Shown: positions 9,264 through 18,749 of the stretch, in pieces
How positions within the stretch are numbered: position 1 is the stretch's first letter
Layout: each line of letters opens with the position of its first letter
Assembly: GCA_965226495.1 (NCBI GenBank)
Contig: OZ245365.1
Span: forward strand, 5,312,001-5,376,000
DNA: 64,000 nucleotides
From: Candidatus Marinacidobacterales bacterium
Lineage (GTDB): Bacteria; Acidobacteriota; Vicinamibacteria; Marinacidobacterales; DATDRI01
Direction: 5' to 3'
Translations under genes and position numbers: made by a program
Notes under the pieces: model-generated
Told to the model about the DNA's origin: nothing
Databases searched by the model: none
The model's input: only the letters and a program-made list of their open reading frames with translations

Positions 9264-10079
9264 TCAAGTACAAGGCCCTATCTCAGGCTGCGCGGTCAGC
9301 CATTCCTCGTAGTCGCCTTGCTCCATCACCGTCAGGAACCCGCGCATACGGTAGTGGCCCAGGCCGCAAAGTTCGGCACAGGCGATCTCGTAGTCACCCA
9401 CCTTGGTGGGGACGAACCAAGTGATGATGCTCATCCCCGGCTGCAGGTCTTGCTTGACTCGGTGTTGGGGCAAAAAGAAGCTGTGCTGCATGTCCTTGGA
9501 TCGCAGGCGTATCGCGGCTGGCCGATCGACGGGAAGCGCAAGTTGGTTCGTTAAACAGAAGTCGTCGGCGGAAGCGGGGTCGTCGGGGTCGACGCCGAGG
9601 AGATTCTCGATCGAAATCAGCTCATGATTAACCCGTCCGAAAACGCCGTCGGGCCCTGGGTAGCGCATATCCCATTGAAACTGAGCGCCCACAACTTCGA
9701 CCTGGATCGCATCTTCGGGGGGTGGGGAATAGACTCTGTTCCACAACCGGAGCCCCACCAAAGCGATCGGGATGAGGATGACGGCGGTTCCGATGGTCCA
9801 ACCGATCTCCATCTTGTGGCTTTCTTGCCAATCGCTTCCCTCCGCGCCGGGTCGATCGGAGTATTTCCAAATGTAGTATCCGAGTAAGCTCTGGACGACA
9901 ATGTACGCCACTCCCGTAATGCCGAGAATCACGTAGTAAAGGTTGTCCAGCCCCACTCGGTCGGAGGCCAGCTCGGGCATGCCCCACTTGAAGAAGAATG
10001 CCACCGACACGCCGACGATGAGCCAGATGACACTCGCCATCACCAGCCCTACGGTTGATTGATTGGAATTAGATGCCAT
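9264..10079 (-). CDS. ctaC: Cytochrome c oxidase subunit II (CuA, no fused cytochrome c)
   Basis: EIGWT, QFQW, HSFF and CAELCGLGHYRM motifs; no CxxCH. Confidence 0.95.
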   Translation of the reverse strand: MASNSNQSTVGLVMASVIWLIVGVSVAFFFKWGMPELASDRVGLDNLYYVILGITGVAYIVVQSLLGYYIWKYSDRPGAEGSDWQESHKMEIGWTIGTAVILIPIALVGLRLWNRVYSPPPEDAIQVEVVGAQFQWDMRYPGPDGVFGRVNHELISIENLLGVDPDDPASADDFCLTNQLALPVDRPAAIRLRSKDMQHSFFLPQHRVKQDLQPGMSIITWFVPTKVGDYEIACAELCGLGHYRMRGFLTVMEQGDYEEWLTAQPEIGPCT

Positions 10080-10128
10080 GCGATGACCTCGTCTGTTAGG
10101 ACACCAAAGTTAGCGGCGTTCGGCGCTT

Positions 10129-12927
10129 CTACCGGCCATACCGCGACAGGTAGATGGCAACCGCTTCCATCTGCTTCATTGCGTCGCCGTCCAGATACTC
10201 AGGTACCGGAGTGATAATGTTGCCTTCGTCATCCACGGGCCAGAACTGCGGCATTTGCGTTCCGGGCGCTATCGACTGCGGATCGGAAAGCCATCTGACG
10301 ACCCACTCCGGCCTCAGCCTCTCCGGTCCCAATCGGAAGCTGGGTGCCAACTGAGACGCGGACATCGTCCCTGCAGCCGAGGGAACATGACATTGCTCGC
10401 AGCGGAGGCGAGCCAGTAGATCTCGGCCAGCCGAGAACATAGCCGGGTCGACCGGCTGATCGGTGGTCTCGTAGGGCTGCGCGTCGTCCATCGCCAAGAA
10501 ACCACGCACCAGCGTATTCGCCTGCTCATCGGTGAACCCGAACGTCGGCATGCGGACGTTGAGCCAGAACCGTACCGTGGAAGGCTCCTTCAGAAAATGG
10601 AACAGCCAGTTCCCCTGCGTTTTGAGCCCCTGCGTGTTTAGGTTCGGAGGGCGCATTCCGGAGTCCTCGATGGTGTCGTAGATCGCACCCCCCTCGCCGT
10701 CGATGAGGTGGCACCCCGTGCAGTTATATTCATGAATAGTGCGTCGACCTAGCTCCGCGACCGCTTCGTTCGCATCGAGTCTCTTCATTGCTTCGAGCGG
10801 AAACTCGTCGCGCACCTGCGCGAGCACGTTCATCGCGATGTCTCTCACCTGCTCGTCGCTAAAACCGAAGTCACCCATGCGCAGTTTTTCTTGTGGAGCC
10901 TTGACCCTTCCTTGATCATAGCTGCGCGGGGCTTTCAGTTTTTGCTCCAGCCACGCACGTCGGGTATGGTCGATGTCGATGTATCCAAAGTCTAGCCGGG
11001 TCACCATCTTGGAGCCCCAGTCGGACAAATCGACGCCTAACTTCTGGGCGTTCTCGAACCCGCTGATGTCGTGGCATCCGAAGCAGCCGTAACGACGAAT
11101 GAGGCTTTCGCCCGAAAAAATGAGCTTGTCTTCCTTGGACATGCCGTCCAGTCGCTCCTGGGCCACCCGGTCCGGAAGTTTGGTACGCAAAAACTCCAGA
11201 GTAACCTCGTCGAGAGCGGTCGCTTCCGGAGCCGGAACGGGCAATTGCTCGAAGTCGAGATTCTTGAGAGATAGCAAGTATGCGGTAATGTCTCCGGCTT
11301 CCTCATCCGTCAGTCGGAGATTGGGCATAAAGGTATCCGGCCAGTAATGTTTAGGGTTCTTGAGCCAATTGAACAAGAACTTCTCATTGACCTTGCTTCC
11401 CAGCCCGGCCAGGCTCGGCCCGTGACGACGCAGCAGTGAAACACTTGCCGCGTCTGACTCATCCGTGATGTGACAACCAAGACAACCGACGGACTCGACG
11501 AGTTGTTTTCCGCGATCCGCGCTTCCCCTGGGTACGGATTGCGGGTAGTCGATCGGCTCCGCCTTGTCGAAGACGTAGGCAACGATAGCGGCCACTTCGG
11601 TGTTATTGCGCGCGCCAACATCGGCGTCCAGATTGTTGTCGAGATTCCAAAAACGAGGCATGAACGTCGACGACTTGAAGCTTTTAGGGTTCTTGACCCA
11701 ACGAGCCGCCCACTCGGGTGTCGTCTTGGAAACCACATGCGCGAGGTTAGGACCTACCTTCCGGCGATCCTCGAACCCACGGGTGTTGTGACAACCCCAG
11801 CAGCCCGCCTTCTCGTAGAGATCGCGACCTTGATTGAACGCGTCGGCCTTGGGAACGTGGGCGGTATTCGAATGGCACTTGAGGCAACCCGACTCGGAAA
11901 AATCTGCCGGATACATCGGCTTGTCCCAGTGATGGTCCGCCTCCCAGCCGTACTTTTCCTCCCACTCGACCTTCTGAACATCGTCGCGCGGCGTATGGGT
12001 TACCCTGCCAAACGTCGTCGCGCGCCCACGACCGTTGTGGCACCCCGTACAACCGAAATCATCGAGCGAGTGAGGCGATTCCCGGTTCACATAAAGATCC
12101 AGTTTGGGATGAGTGCGGTAGGGTTGTGGGGCGTCCGCATAGTCCGGATTATCGATCCCCAGGTGGCAGGTCATGCACCGATCCACCCTCGGCACTTGGA
12201 TAAAGTTCAGATCTTCGGTTACGTTCTTGACCAAGACCTGCTTGATCTCGATCGAGGGGTCGATGAAGTCGACGAGGGGAAGGTTCCGGAAGACGTTGGG
12301 GAAGCTGACTCGGATGGTATCCATCTTCCGATTGAGGAGATCGATACGCTCGGTGAGCGATTTGCGCTCCCCTTCTATACGAGTCCGTTCGGCTCGAATT
12401 TCCCGAAGCTCTTTCTCTGCGAGCTCGAGCTCGTAGTCCAAGGCGATCCGCACTTTGCGGGCGTCCAAAAAATTCCCTTCCAGCTCGTCGAACTCTTCCT
12501 GCCCCACACCCTTTCCTGGCGGGGCGTGCTCGCCCTCCTCGTAGTAAAACTTCTTGGAGTCGTAGACGGACTTGAGCTCTCGTTCCTTGACATCGACTAG
12601 GTACCTCTCGTCCGCCATCTCTTTGCGTTTTGCCTCGAGCTCGTCGATACCCTGTTTGTTCTGAAAAAGCGCATCGTTGGCAGCCTGTAGCTCTTGCTCG
12701 AGCTCTTGCTGCTTGTCCTCATCTAAAGCGGCCTGCGCTTCGTCGAACTGAGTACGGGTCGTCTCGCGCTCCAGCTTCGAAAACGTGCGTTGGTAGCCCT
12801 TCCACTCCCGCGAATAATCGTGCCAGATCATCCACACCGTAGTGATGAAGAGCGCAATACTGGTGATGGCGAAGACGACGTTCAGTCCACTGATATCGTG
12901 CGCGTGTCCGGGAGCTTCTTTACCCAC
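10129..12927 (-). CDS. Membrane-anchored multiheme cytochrome c (8 CxxCH) of the Rieske/cytochrome b complex
   Basis: N-terminal TM, coiled coil, then CMTCH, CTGCH, CLKCH, CWGCH, CLGCH, CFGCH, CTGCH, CEQCH. Confidence 0.9.
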   Translation of the reverse strand: MGKEAPGHAHDISGLNVVFAITSIALFITTVWMIWHDYSREWKGYQRTFSKLERETTRTQFDEAQAALDEDKQQELEQELQAANDALFQNKQGIDELEAKRKEMADERYLVDVKERELKSVYDSKKFYYEEGEHAPPGKGVGQEEFDELEGNFLDARKVRIALDYELELAEKELREIRAERTRIEGERKSLTERIDLLNRKMDTIRVSFPNVFRNLPLVDFIDPSIEIKQVLVKNVTEDLNFIQVPRVDRCMTCHLGIDNPDYADAPQPYRTHPKLDLYVNRESPHSLDDFGCTGCHNGRGRATTFGRVTHTPRDDVQKVEWEEKYGWEADHHWDKPMYPADFSESGCLKCHSNTAHVPKADAFNQGRDLYEKAGCWGCHNTRGFEDRRKVGPNLAHVVSKTTPEWAARWVKNPKSFKSSTFMPRFWNLDNNLDADVGARNNTEVAAIVAYVFDKAEPIDYPQSVPRGSADRGKQLVESVGCLGCHITDESDAASVSLLRRHGPSLAGLGSKVNEKFLFNWLKNPKHYWPDTFMPNLRLTDEEAGDITAYLLSLKNLDFEQLPVPAPEATALDEVTLEFLRTKLPDRVAQERLDGMSKEDKLIFSGESLIRRYGCFGCHDISGFENAQKLGVDLSDWGSKMVTRLDFGYIDIDHTRRAWLEQKLKAPRSYDQGRVKAPQEKLRMGDFGFSDEQVRDIAMNVLAQVRDEFPLEAMKRLDANEAVAELGRRTIHEYNCTGCHLIDGEGGAIYDTIEDSGMRPPNLNTQGLKTQGNWLFHFLKEPSTVRFWLNVRMPTFGFTDEQANTLVRGFLAMDDAQPYETTDQPVDPAMFSAGRDLLARLRCEQCHVPSAAGTMSASQLAPSFRLGPERLRPEWVVRWLSDPQSIAPGTQMPQFWPVDDEGNIITPVPEYLDGDAMKQMEAVAIYLSRYGR

Positions 12928-12955
12928 GATTCTCCTACTCTTCCCCTAAATGGTC

Positions 12956-14062
12956 CTAGATGTTGAAGAAAATTTCGGGGAAAGCGACGATGTACTTCAG
13001 ATTGAACGCCCACCGCAGATACATCTTGATGGGCAAACTGAACATCATGAGGAACAGTAACACTCCCACGTAATAGCGAGCCGGCCCCATCTTCTCGTAA
13101 TACTTATTGAGGCTTATCCAGCGCAACCAACGCGGCAGTTTGTCGCTCGGCTGGGCCAACAGCACCGGGAGCACGAAAATGTAGAAGATGGTGACCAGAA
13201 CCCCCCAGATCTCGCGGATGAAGGGGTTTCCTGGCAGCGGCCGGCTTAGCAACTTGACCCAGAAAAAGTCGGAGACGTTGACGTTCAACAGCGGCTCGAC
13301 TCGATGGAGATCCCAATATTCATAGGGACCGAAAAAATTCCAGTTGGGCCCCCTGAGGAACGTGCCCGAGACGACCATCAGAATCCAAAGGACTATGAAG
13401 CCAAACAAAAAGAGCGTGATCTCGGCTTTCCGCTCGCTCCATGTGAAGTAGCCATTGCCTTTCGGGTTGGTATCGATAAAAGGGATCGCCATCAATCCGA
13501 TGATGATCAAAGTTGGGTAGACGACACCCGCCAACCACGGATCGAAGTAAACGAGCATCTCCTGGAGACCCAAGAAGTACCAGGGTGCTTTCGATGGGTT
13601 CGGGGAGTCAGCGGGGTTCGCCGGCTGCTCGATGGGAGCCAAGAGGAAGATGGACCACACCACGAGGACAATGCTGACGACGACCAGGCAGATGAGCTCA
13701 GTATAGACCAGGTCTGGCCATACCCAGACCTTCTCCGCCTCCTCTTTTTCGAGAGGCTCCCCGCCACCAGCGATGCGCTTATCGTTCTCGACCCCCTGGT
13801 ACATCGCATACCAGGTGAAGAAACCCACGAGGAACAACATCCCGGAGATTGGAACGTTGTCGGGCTTGGCGACGATGAGCCAGAAGTTTGGATCGAGGAG
13901 GCTGAGGGCGAAGAACACCACCGACACGACGAGGGCGATGAGACCCGCCTTCTTGCTCCACACTTTCGTGTAGTACAAGGAAAGTCCGAAGCCGATGGTC
14001 GCGAGCGTGAAGAGTACGGTCGGCCCAGAGATGTAATTGATGAAACCCTTAATTAGTTCCAT
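12956..14062 (-). CDS. Cytochrome b C-terminal / subunit IV-like protein with extra TM helices
   Basis: VWPDL, PANP..SPNPSKAPWYFLG (PEWY-equivalent) and PFID motifs; follows cytochrome b6. Confidence 0.85.
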   Translation of the reverse strand: MELIKGFINYISGPTVLFTLATIGFGLSLYYTKVWSKKAGLIALVVSVVFFALSLLDPNFWLIVAKPDNVPISGMLFLVGFFTWYAMYQGVENDKRIAGGGEPLEKEEAEKVWVWPDLVYTELICLVVVSIVLVVWSIFLLAPIEQPANPADSPNPSKAPWYFLGLQEMLVYFDPWLAGVVYPTLIIIGLMAIPFIDTNPKGNGYFTWSERKAEITLFLFGFIVLWILMVVSGTFLRGPNWNFFGPYEYWDLHRVEPLLNVNVSDFFWVKLLSRPLPGNPFIREIWGVLVTIFYIFVLPVLLAQPSDKLPRWLRWISLNKYYEKMGPARYYVGVLLFLMMFSLPIKMYLRWAFNLKYIVAFPEIFFNI

Positions 14063-14126
14063 GAGTTCAGCCTAAGGGCTCCCGCGAAGCCTCGTCGGTT
14101 GAGCGAGGTCCCGAGACCCACATGAC

Positions 14127-14924
14127 CTACATAGGTCCGGAGATGCCTCCGTCCTTGCGGACCCGCCAAAAATGAACCGCCATCAAGAAAGCCGCCGCCA
14201 GCGGCAAACCAACACAGTGAAGGACGTAGAAACGCAGCAGGGTGCTATCCCCCACCACTCGACTGCCTAAGAGGGCGAAACGTGCGTCATTTCCAGCATG
14301 CACCAAACTTATTTCCCCTAGCTTCAATTGCGCCGCTAAGGGTCCTTCAGACCCGAGCAAAGGAGTCGCGCGTGCCATGTTGGAGCCCACGGTGATCGCC
14401 CAGATGGCCAGCTGATCCCAAGGAAGGAGGTAGCCGGTGAAGGAGAGCAGCAAGGTGAGAACCAGCAATACGACCCCGATTCCCCAGTTGAACTCGCGGG
14501 GTGGCTTGTAGGAGCCGGTCATGAAGACGCGGAACATGTGGAGCCAAACGGTGATCACCATGGCGTGCGCCCCCCACCGATGGATCTCTCGCATGATACC
14601 GAGAGGCACATGCTCGCGGAGGTCGACGATGTCGGCGTAGGCGTACTCGACGGTCGGCCGGTAGTAGAACATCAGCAATAATCCGGTGAAGGTGAGTACT
14701 AGGAACAGGAAGAACGTAATCCCACCCATGCACCAAGTATAGCGAAGCTTGATTCCGGCCTTGCGGGACTTAACGGGATGGAGGTGCAGGAAAACGTTGC
14801 TCATCACCACCAGGACACGGTTACGGTTGCTAGTGGGAGCCCCGTGTCGAAAGATGGATTTCCAAATCTGAGAGTCGGTCGTCGTCTCCCAAAGGTCCGC
14901 AACGAAGGTTTTTACTTTCTGCAC
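14127..14924 (-). CDS. petB: Cytochrome b6-type N-terminal subunit
   Basis: YTWCMGG (heme ci-type Cys), [27 protein letters not shown] and RFYVLH motifs; GTG start. Confidence 0.92.
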   Translation of the reverse strand: MQKVKTFVADLWETTTDSQIWKSIFRHGAPTSNRNRVLVVMSNVFLHLHPVKSRKAGIKLRYTWCMGGITFFLFLVLTFTGLLLMFYYRPTVEYAYADIVDLREHVPLGIMREIHRWGAHAMVITVWLHMFRVFMTGSYKPPREFNWGIGVVLLVLTLLLSFTGYLLPWDQLAIWAITVGSNMARATPLLGSEGPLAAQLKLGEISLVHAGNDARFALLGSRVVGDSTLLRFYVLHCVGLPLAAAFLMAVHFWRVRKDGGISGPM

Positions 14925-15038
14925 TAGAAACCCCTCTTAGAGTCCGCGTTCATCCGCCTGCAACCGATGCAAGGGGGACGAAGTGTGTGAACACCGCGTA
15001 GGCCAGGTAAGCCTCGCGTCAGCAGCATGTAGGTGCAT

Positions 15039-15596
15039 CTACGCAAGTGTAAGGAACGACTCGGGATCTTCCCACTGTCCGGCCTCGAACTTGAAAGTGC
15101 GACTCTTGTCGACGAGAACTTGACCATCGTCTGCTAGGCCAACCTTAACCCTCTCGAGAGGACGCGGCGCAGGCCCTTCGAAGTTGATGCCGCTCGAGTA
15201 GAAGCCACTCCCGTGGCATGGGCACTTGAACTTGTTCTCCGCCTCGAGCCAGTTCGGTGTGCATCCAAGGTGGGTGCAAATAGCCTGAATGGCGTAGATA
15301 CCGTCCTCGTTTCGAACGATCCAGACCCGATACTTTTCCTTGAACCGCAAATCGACTGCCCCGATGGCGAAGTCAGCCGGAAAACCGATTTTGAAGGAAG
15401 AAGGTTCCTCGGTCAGCACGTTCGGGAAGAAGAAACGCCCCATCGCGAGTCCGCCGGTCGCGGCCGCGGCGGCGAAAAAGGTCCACGCCATCGCGAGCCA
15501 GTTGACGATGAAGCCGCGCCGGCTTATCTCCTTGGACTTTGCCGGCGCTTTGGATTCCTCCGACTTACTATCCTTTTGTTCGTCTGCCATGATCAA
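15039..15596 (-). CDS. Rieske 2Fe-2S subunit
   Basis: Tat motif SRRGFI; CTHLGC, CPCHGS and GPAPRPL motifs. Confidence 0.95.
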   Translation of the reverse strand: MIMADEQKDSKSEESKAPAKSKEISRRGFIVNWLAMAWTFFAAAAATGGLAMGRFFFPNVLTEEPSSFKIGFPADFAIGAVDLRFKEKYRVWIVRNEDGIYAIQAICTHLGCTPNWLEAENKFKCPCHGSGFYSSGINFEGPAPRPLERVKVGLADDGQVLVDKSRTFKFEAGQWEDPESFLTLA

Positions 15597-15789
15597 CCCT
15601 ACTCGTGTGCCACTGCCTTACTTGCTTCTGGAAGAGAGGTGAGGCCGCTCGGCCGCTCGCCCTCGGTATCCGTGCACCGTTGCTCAGCACAAGACAAGGG
15701 CGCGGAAGCTCCGCGCCAATGCCAATTGTATTCGCCTCACGAGAAAGCTGTCAAGGCTTCTCGTCTCTACTCAGGGCCGGGCAGAACCC

Positions 15790-16689
15790 CTACTTTTCAA
15801 GTAGTTTATCCAGCTGGGCCAAGGCTTCGAAGGCAGCTTGCCGAACCTTCAGATCTGGGTCTTGCGCCGAAATCTCCTCTAGGCTCGGGCGGAATGACGG
15901 GTCCTGCAGGAGCACCGCTCCCTTCATGGCATTCATCATCGTCTCGCTACGCTGCTCCTCACTCATGACGGCTACCGAGCTCAGAAACTCCCGATCGAGC
16001 ATCTGAAAAATCCGATCTCGACCCGAGTCGTCACCGATTTTCGCTAGAGCGATAGCGGCATTCCAAGCCACATCCATTTCGTAATCTCCGAGAGCGGCCT
16101 CGAGCGTGGTGCGTGCCTCCCCGGAGCCGAGCGTTCCCAAACTGTAGACCGCCATCTTTCGGATCCCGGCATCATCGTTTTGCGCAAGCTCCAGGAGCGC
16201 CTCCACCGCGCGCTCATCACCGAGGGAGCCCAAAGCCCACATCGCGTAGATCCGCGTTTCCGGATCGTCATCGGAGAGTGCTTCCAGAAGCACCGGGACC
16301 GCTTGCGGATCTCCCACGTGACCCAGGGCGAGAGCCAGGTAGCGTCGGACTCGTGGATCATCACGCTCCGCCTCGCGAAAGGTGTCGATCATCTCGGGGA
16401 CAAGCCGATCGATGTCCTCCTGATCCTGTCGATCGATGTGGTTGAGCTGCTTCGCCAGCTCGAAGGCTGCTTGCCAGCGGCGTGTCGCGCTCCCCGACTT
16501 GATATCGCGAAGATGATCCACGCTAGATTTTTCTTCGGCAACTAACCAGCCGAAAAACAGGAAGAGCCCGACGCACGCAAAGACAACCAGCGCCGGGATC
16601 AGAAAGAACTGGAGAACGGAGTTGCCGAAGCTTATGTCCTCAGCCGATTCTTCAGGTGATTTATTGCTTGTGCTCTGGTCGTCTGTCAT
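15790..16689 (-). CDS. HEAT-repeat membrane protein
   Basis: N-terminal TM and repeated VRRxxALALG/LLEALxDDD units. Confidence 0.85.
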   Translation of the reverse strand: MTDDQSTSNKSPEESAEDISFGNSVLQFFLIPALVVFACVGLFLFFGWLVAEEKSSVDHLRDIKSGSATRRWQAAFELAKQLNHIDRQDQEDIDRLVPEMIDTFREAERDDPRVRRYLALALGHVGDPQAVPVLLEALSDDDPETRIYAMWALGSLGDERAVEALLELAQNDDAGIRKMAVYSLGTLGSGEARTTLEAALGDYEMDVAWNAAIALAKIGDDSGRDRIFQMLDREFLSSVAVMSEEQRSETMMNAMKGAVLLQDPSFRPSLEEISAQDPDLKVRQAAFEALAQLDKLLEK

Positions 16690-16782
16690 TAAAGGGTCCG
16701 CTGCGCCGTGTCAGCCCAGTTGGGGCGAACCATCCTAGTTCCTTTTGGACAGCCGATCAAAAACCGGGCGTGCCGACCCAGC

Positions 16783-18612
16783 TCATGGATGAGAGTCCGC
16801 CGATTCCGTGGGATTGATCGTATTCGTAGAAACTGCGACTTCTTGGTCCTGGTACTGAAGCTGATAAAGACGATAGTAGATGCCGCGCTCGGCCAACAGA
16901 GCCTGGTGGGTCCCCACTTCACGGATCCGCCCCTTGTGCAGCACCACGATCCGGTCCGCCTTCTGCACTGTCGAAAGACGATGCGCGATGACGATGCTCG
17001 TGCGACCGATCATCAGGCGCTCGAGCGCTTCGCGAATCAAGATCTCGGTCTCAGTGTCTACACTGGAGGTCGCTTCGTCCAAGATCAGGACCCGCGGATC
17101 GTGAGCCAAGGCGCGAGCGAAAGAAATAAGCTGCTTCTGACCCGCGGAAAGAGATGCCCCTCTCTCGCCTACTGGTTCATCGAAGCCCTTTGGTAGCCGC
17201 GCGACGAACCGATCGAGGTGGACGTTGGCCGCCGCTTCGGCGACCTGCTCATCGGAAATCTCACGGCTCCCTAGGCGGATGTTCGAGGCGATCGTCCCAG
17301 AAAACAGATGCACGTCTTGCAGGACGATGCCGAACTGTTGGCGGAGCTCCTTGAGGTTCCACTCGCGTAGGTCGATACCATCGAGCAGGATGCGCCCCTC
17401 CTTCACGTCGTAGAAGCGAAGAAGGAGACTTGTCAGCGACGTCTTGCCCGCCCCGGTGTGTCCCACGATGGCGACGCGCTCACCCGGCTCGATATGGAGG
17501 TCGACGTCCCTCAATACCCAATCCTGGTCTTGATAAGCGAACTGCACGTTTTCGAAATCGATGCGACCCTCCGGGTGGGCCGGCCGCTGCGGCTGGGTTG
17601 GGTCTACGATGGTGGGCTCGGTATCGAGCAGCTTGAAGATTCGTTCCGATGAGGCCATGGCCGATTGCAGGATATTGAACTTCTCCGTTAGATCGGCGAT
17701 GGGTTTGTAGAACTTTTCCGAGTATTGGATGAAAGCAACCAGAGCACCCAGGGTCAGTCCGCCGATCAGCATCTGGCCGCCGCCGTACCAGATGATCAGC
17801 CCGATGGCCGTAGCACCGAGGATCTCGACGATAGGATAAAAAAGGGAGTAATAGAGGATGGACTCGAGATTGGCGTCCATGTGTGCGTGGTTGAGCTCTT
17901 TGAACTCTGCGTACTTTCTCGGCTCCTGCCGGAACAGCTGAACCACTTCCATCCCCGAAATGTTTTCTTGATTGAAAGCGTTGATGCGCGCGATGCGCGT
18001 TCGTACCTTGCGGTAGGTGTTACGAACCCTTCGCTTGAAGATGATGGAGACCGCGAAGAGCGGTGGCAAGACCGCAAAGCTTACCAGCGCGAGCTTCCAG
18101 TTGAGTGAGATCAGTACCACCATGATGCCGAGCAGCATGAAGATGTCGCCGAACACGGTGACCACGCCGGAAGTGAAAAGCTCGTTCAACGCATCGACAT
18201 CCGTCGTCACTCGCGTTACCAGACGCCCCACTGGATTGCGGTCGAAGAATGACGGGTTGAGCTTCTGCAAGTGGCCAAAGATCTGCCGCCGCATGTCGAA
18301 CATGATGCGCTGGCCAGTCAGGTTCATCACGTAGATTTGGAGATACGACAAGCCGAACTGGGCGAGGAGAGCCAGCACGTAGAGCCCGGCGACGACTTTC
18401 AAGCCGGATAGATCTCCGGCGGCGATGTAGTCATCGATCGCCACTTTGGTCAGGTAGGGTCCGACGAGCTTGAGGGCAGAGATCACCAGAATCAGGAAGA
18501 ACGCCACCACCACCGCGAGGCGGTAGGGCTTTAGGTACGTCAGCAACCGCGCCATGAGCCGGCTGTCGTAGGCCTTACCTAAGAGTTCTTCTTCGTGGTA
18601 GTCAGCTGGCAT
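16783..18612 (-). CDS. ABC exporter permease/ATPase (heterodimer subunit B, YheH/MdlB-like)
   Basis: GHTGAGKT, LSAGQKQ and ILDEATSSVD motifs; TM domain. Confidence 0.93.
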   Translation of the reverse strand: MPADYHEEELLGKAYDSRLMARLLTYLKPYRLAVVVAFFLILVISALKLVGPYLTKVAIDDYIAAGDLSGLKVVAGLYVLALLAQFGLSYLQIYVMNLTGQRIMFDMRRQIFGHLQKLNPSFFDRNPVGRLVTRVTTDVDALNELFTSGVVTVFGDIFMLLGIMVVLISLNWKLALVSFAVLPPLFAVSIIFKRRVRNTYRKVRTRIARINAFNQENISGMEVVQLFRQEPRKYAEFKELNHAHMDANLESILYYSLFYPIVEILGATAIGLIIWYGGGQMLIGGLTLGALVAFIQYSEKFYKPIADLTEKFNILQSAMASSERIFKLLDTEPTIVDPTQPQRPAHPEGRIDFENVQFAYQDQDWVLRDVDLHIEPGERVAIVGHTGAGKTSLTSLLLRFYDVKEGRILLDGIDLREWNLKELRQQFGIVLQDVHLFSGTIASNIRLGSREISDEQVAEAAANVHLDRFVARLPKGFDEPVGERGASLSAGQKQLISFARALAHDPRVLILDEATSSVDTETEILIREALERLMIGRTSIVIAHRLSTVQKADRIVVLHKGRIREVGTHQALLAERGIYYRLYQLQYQDQEVAVSTNTINPTESADSHP

Positions 18613-18650
18613 GGCTAATCTCGGGCGTCGTCTAGTTCTCGAAATCTATT

Positions 18651-18746
18651 AATGGCCTGGGGCCCCACCCCCCAGGCCGGTCGCTCCGGTGACTTCGCAC
18701 CTGCGCGACAGCTGATGGCTCCCCGGCCGGCGGCCCTGACGGGCCG
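18651..18746. repeat. Intergenic GC-rich palindromic repeat, copy 2
   Basis: 7 substitutions and 1 indel versus copy 1 over the ~75-nt core. Confidence 0.8.
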
Positions 18747-18749
18747 TCT

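Noticed and set aside
9255-9275. coxII ends ...C-T-TGA-TGT, which could suggest selenocysteine readthrough (CTUC)
   Set aside because: CoxII is already complete, the readthrough enters the repeat-containing spacer, and no convincing SECIS was seen.
11470-12600. 376-aa plus-strand ORF, and similar long shadow ORFs such as 7544-8533, 13304-14056 and 60935-61771
   Set aside because: Antisense or alternate-frame shadows of well-supported genes, expected at high GC.
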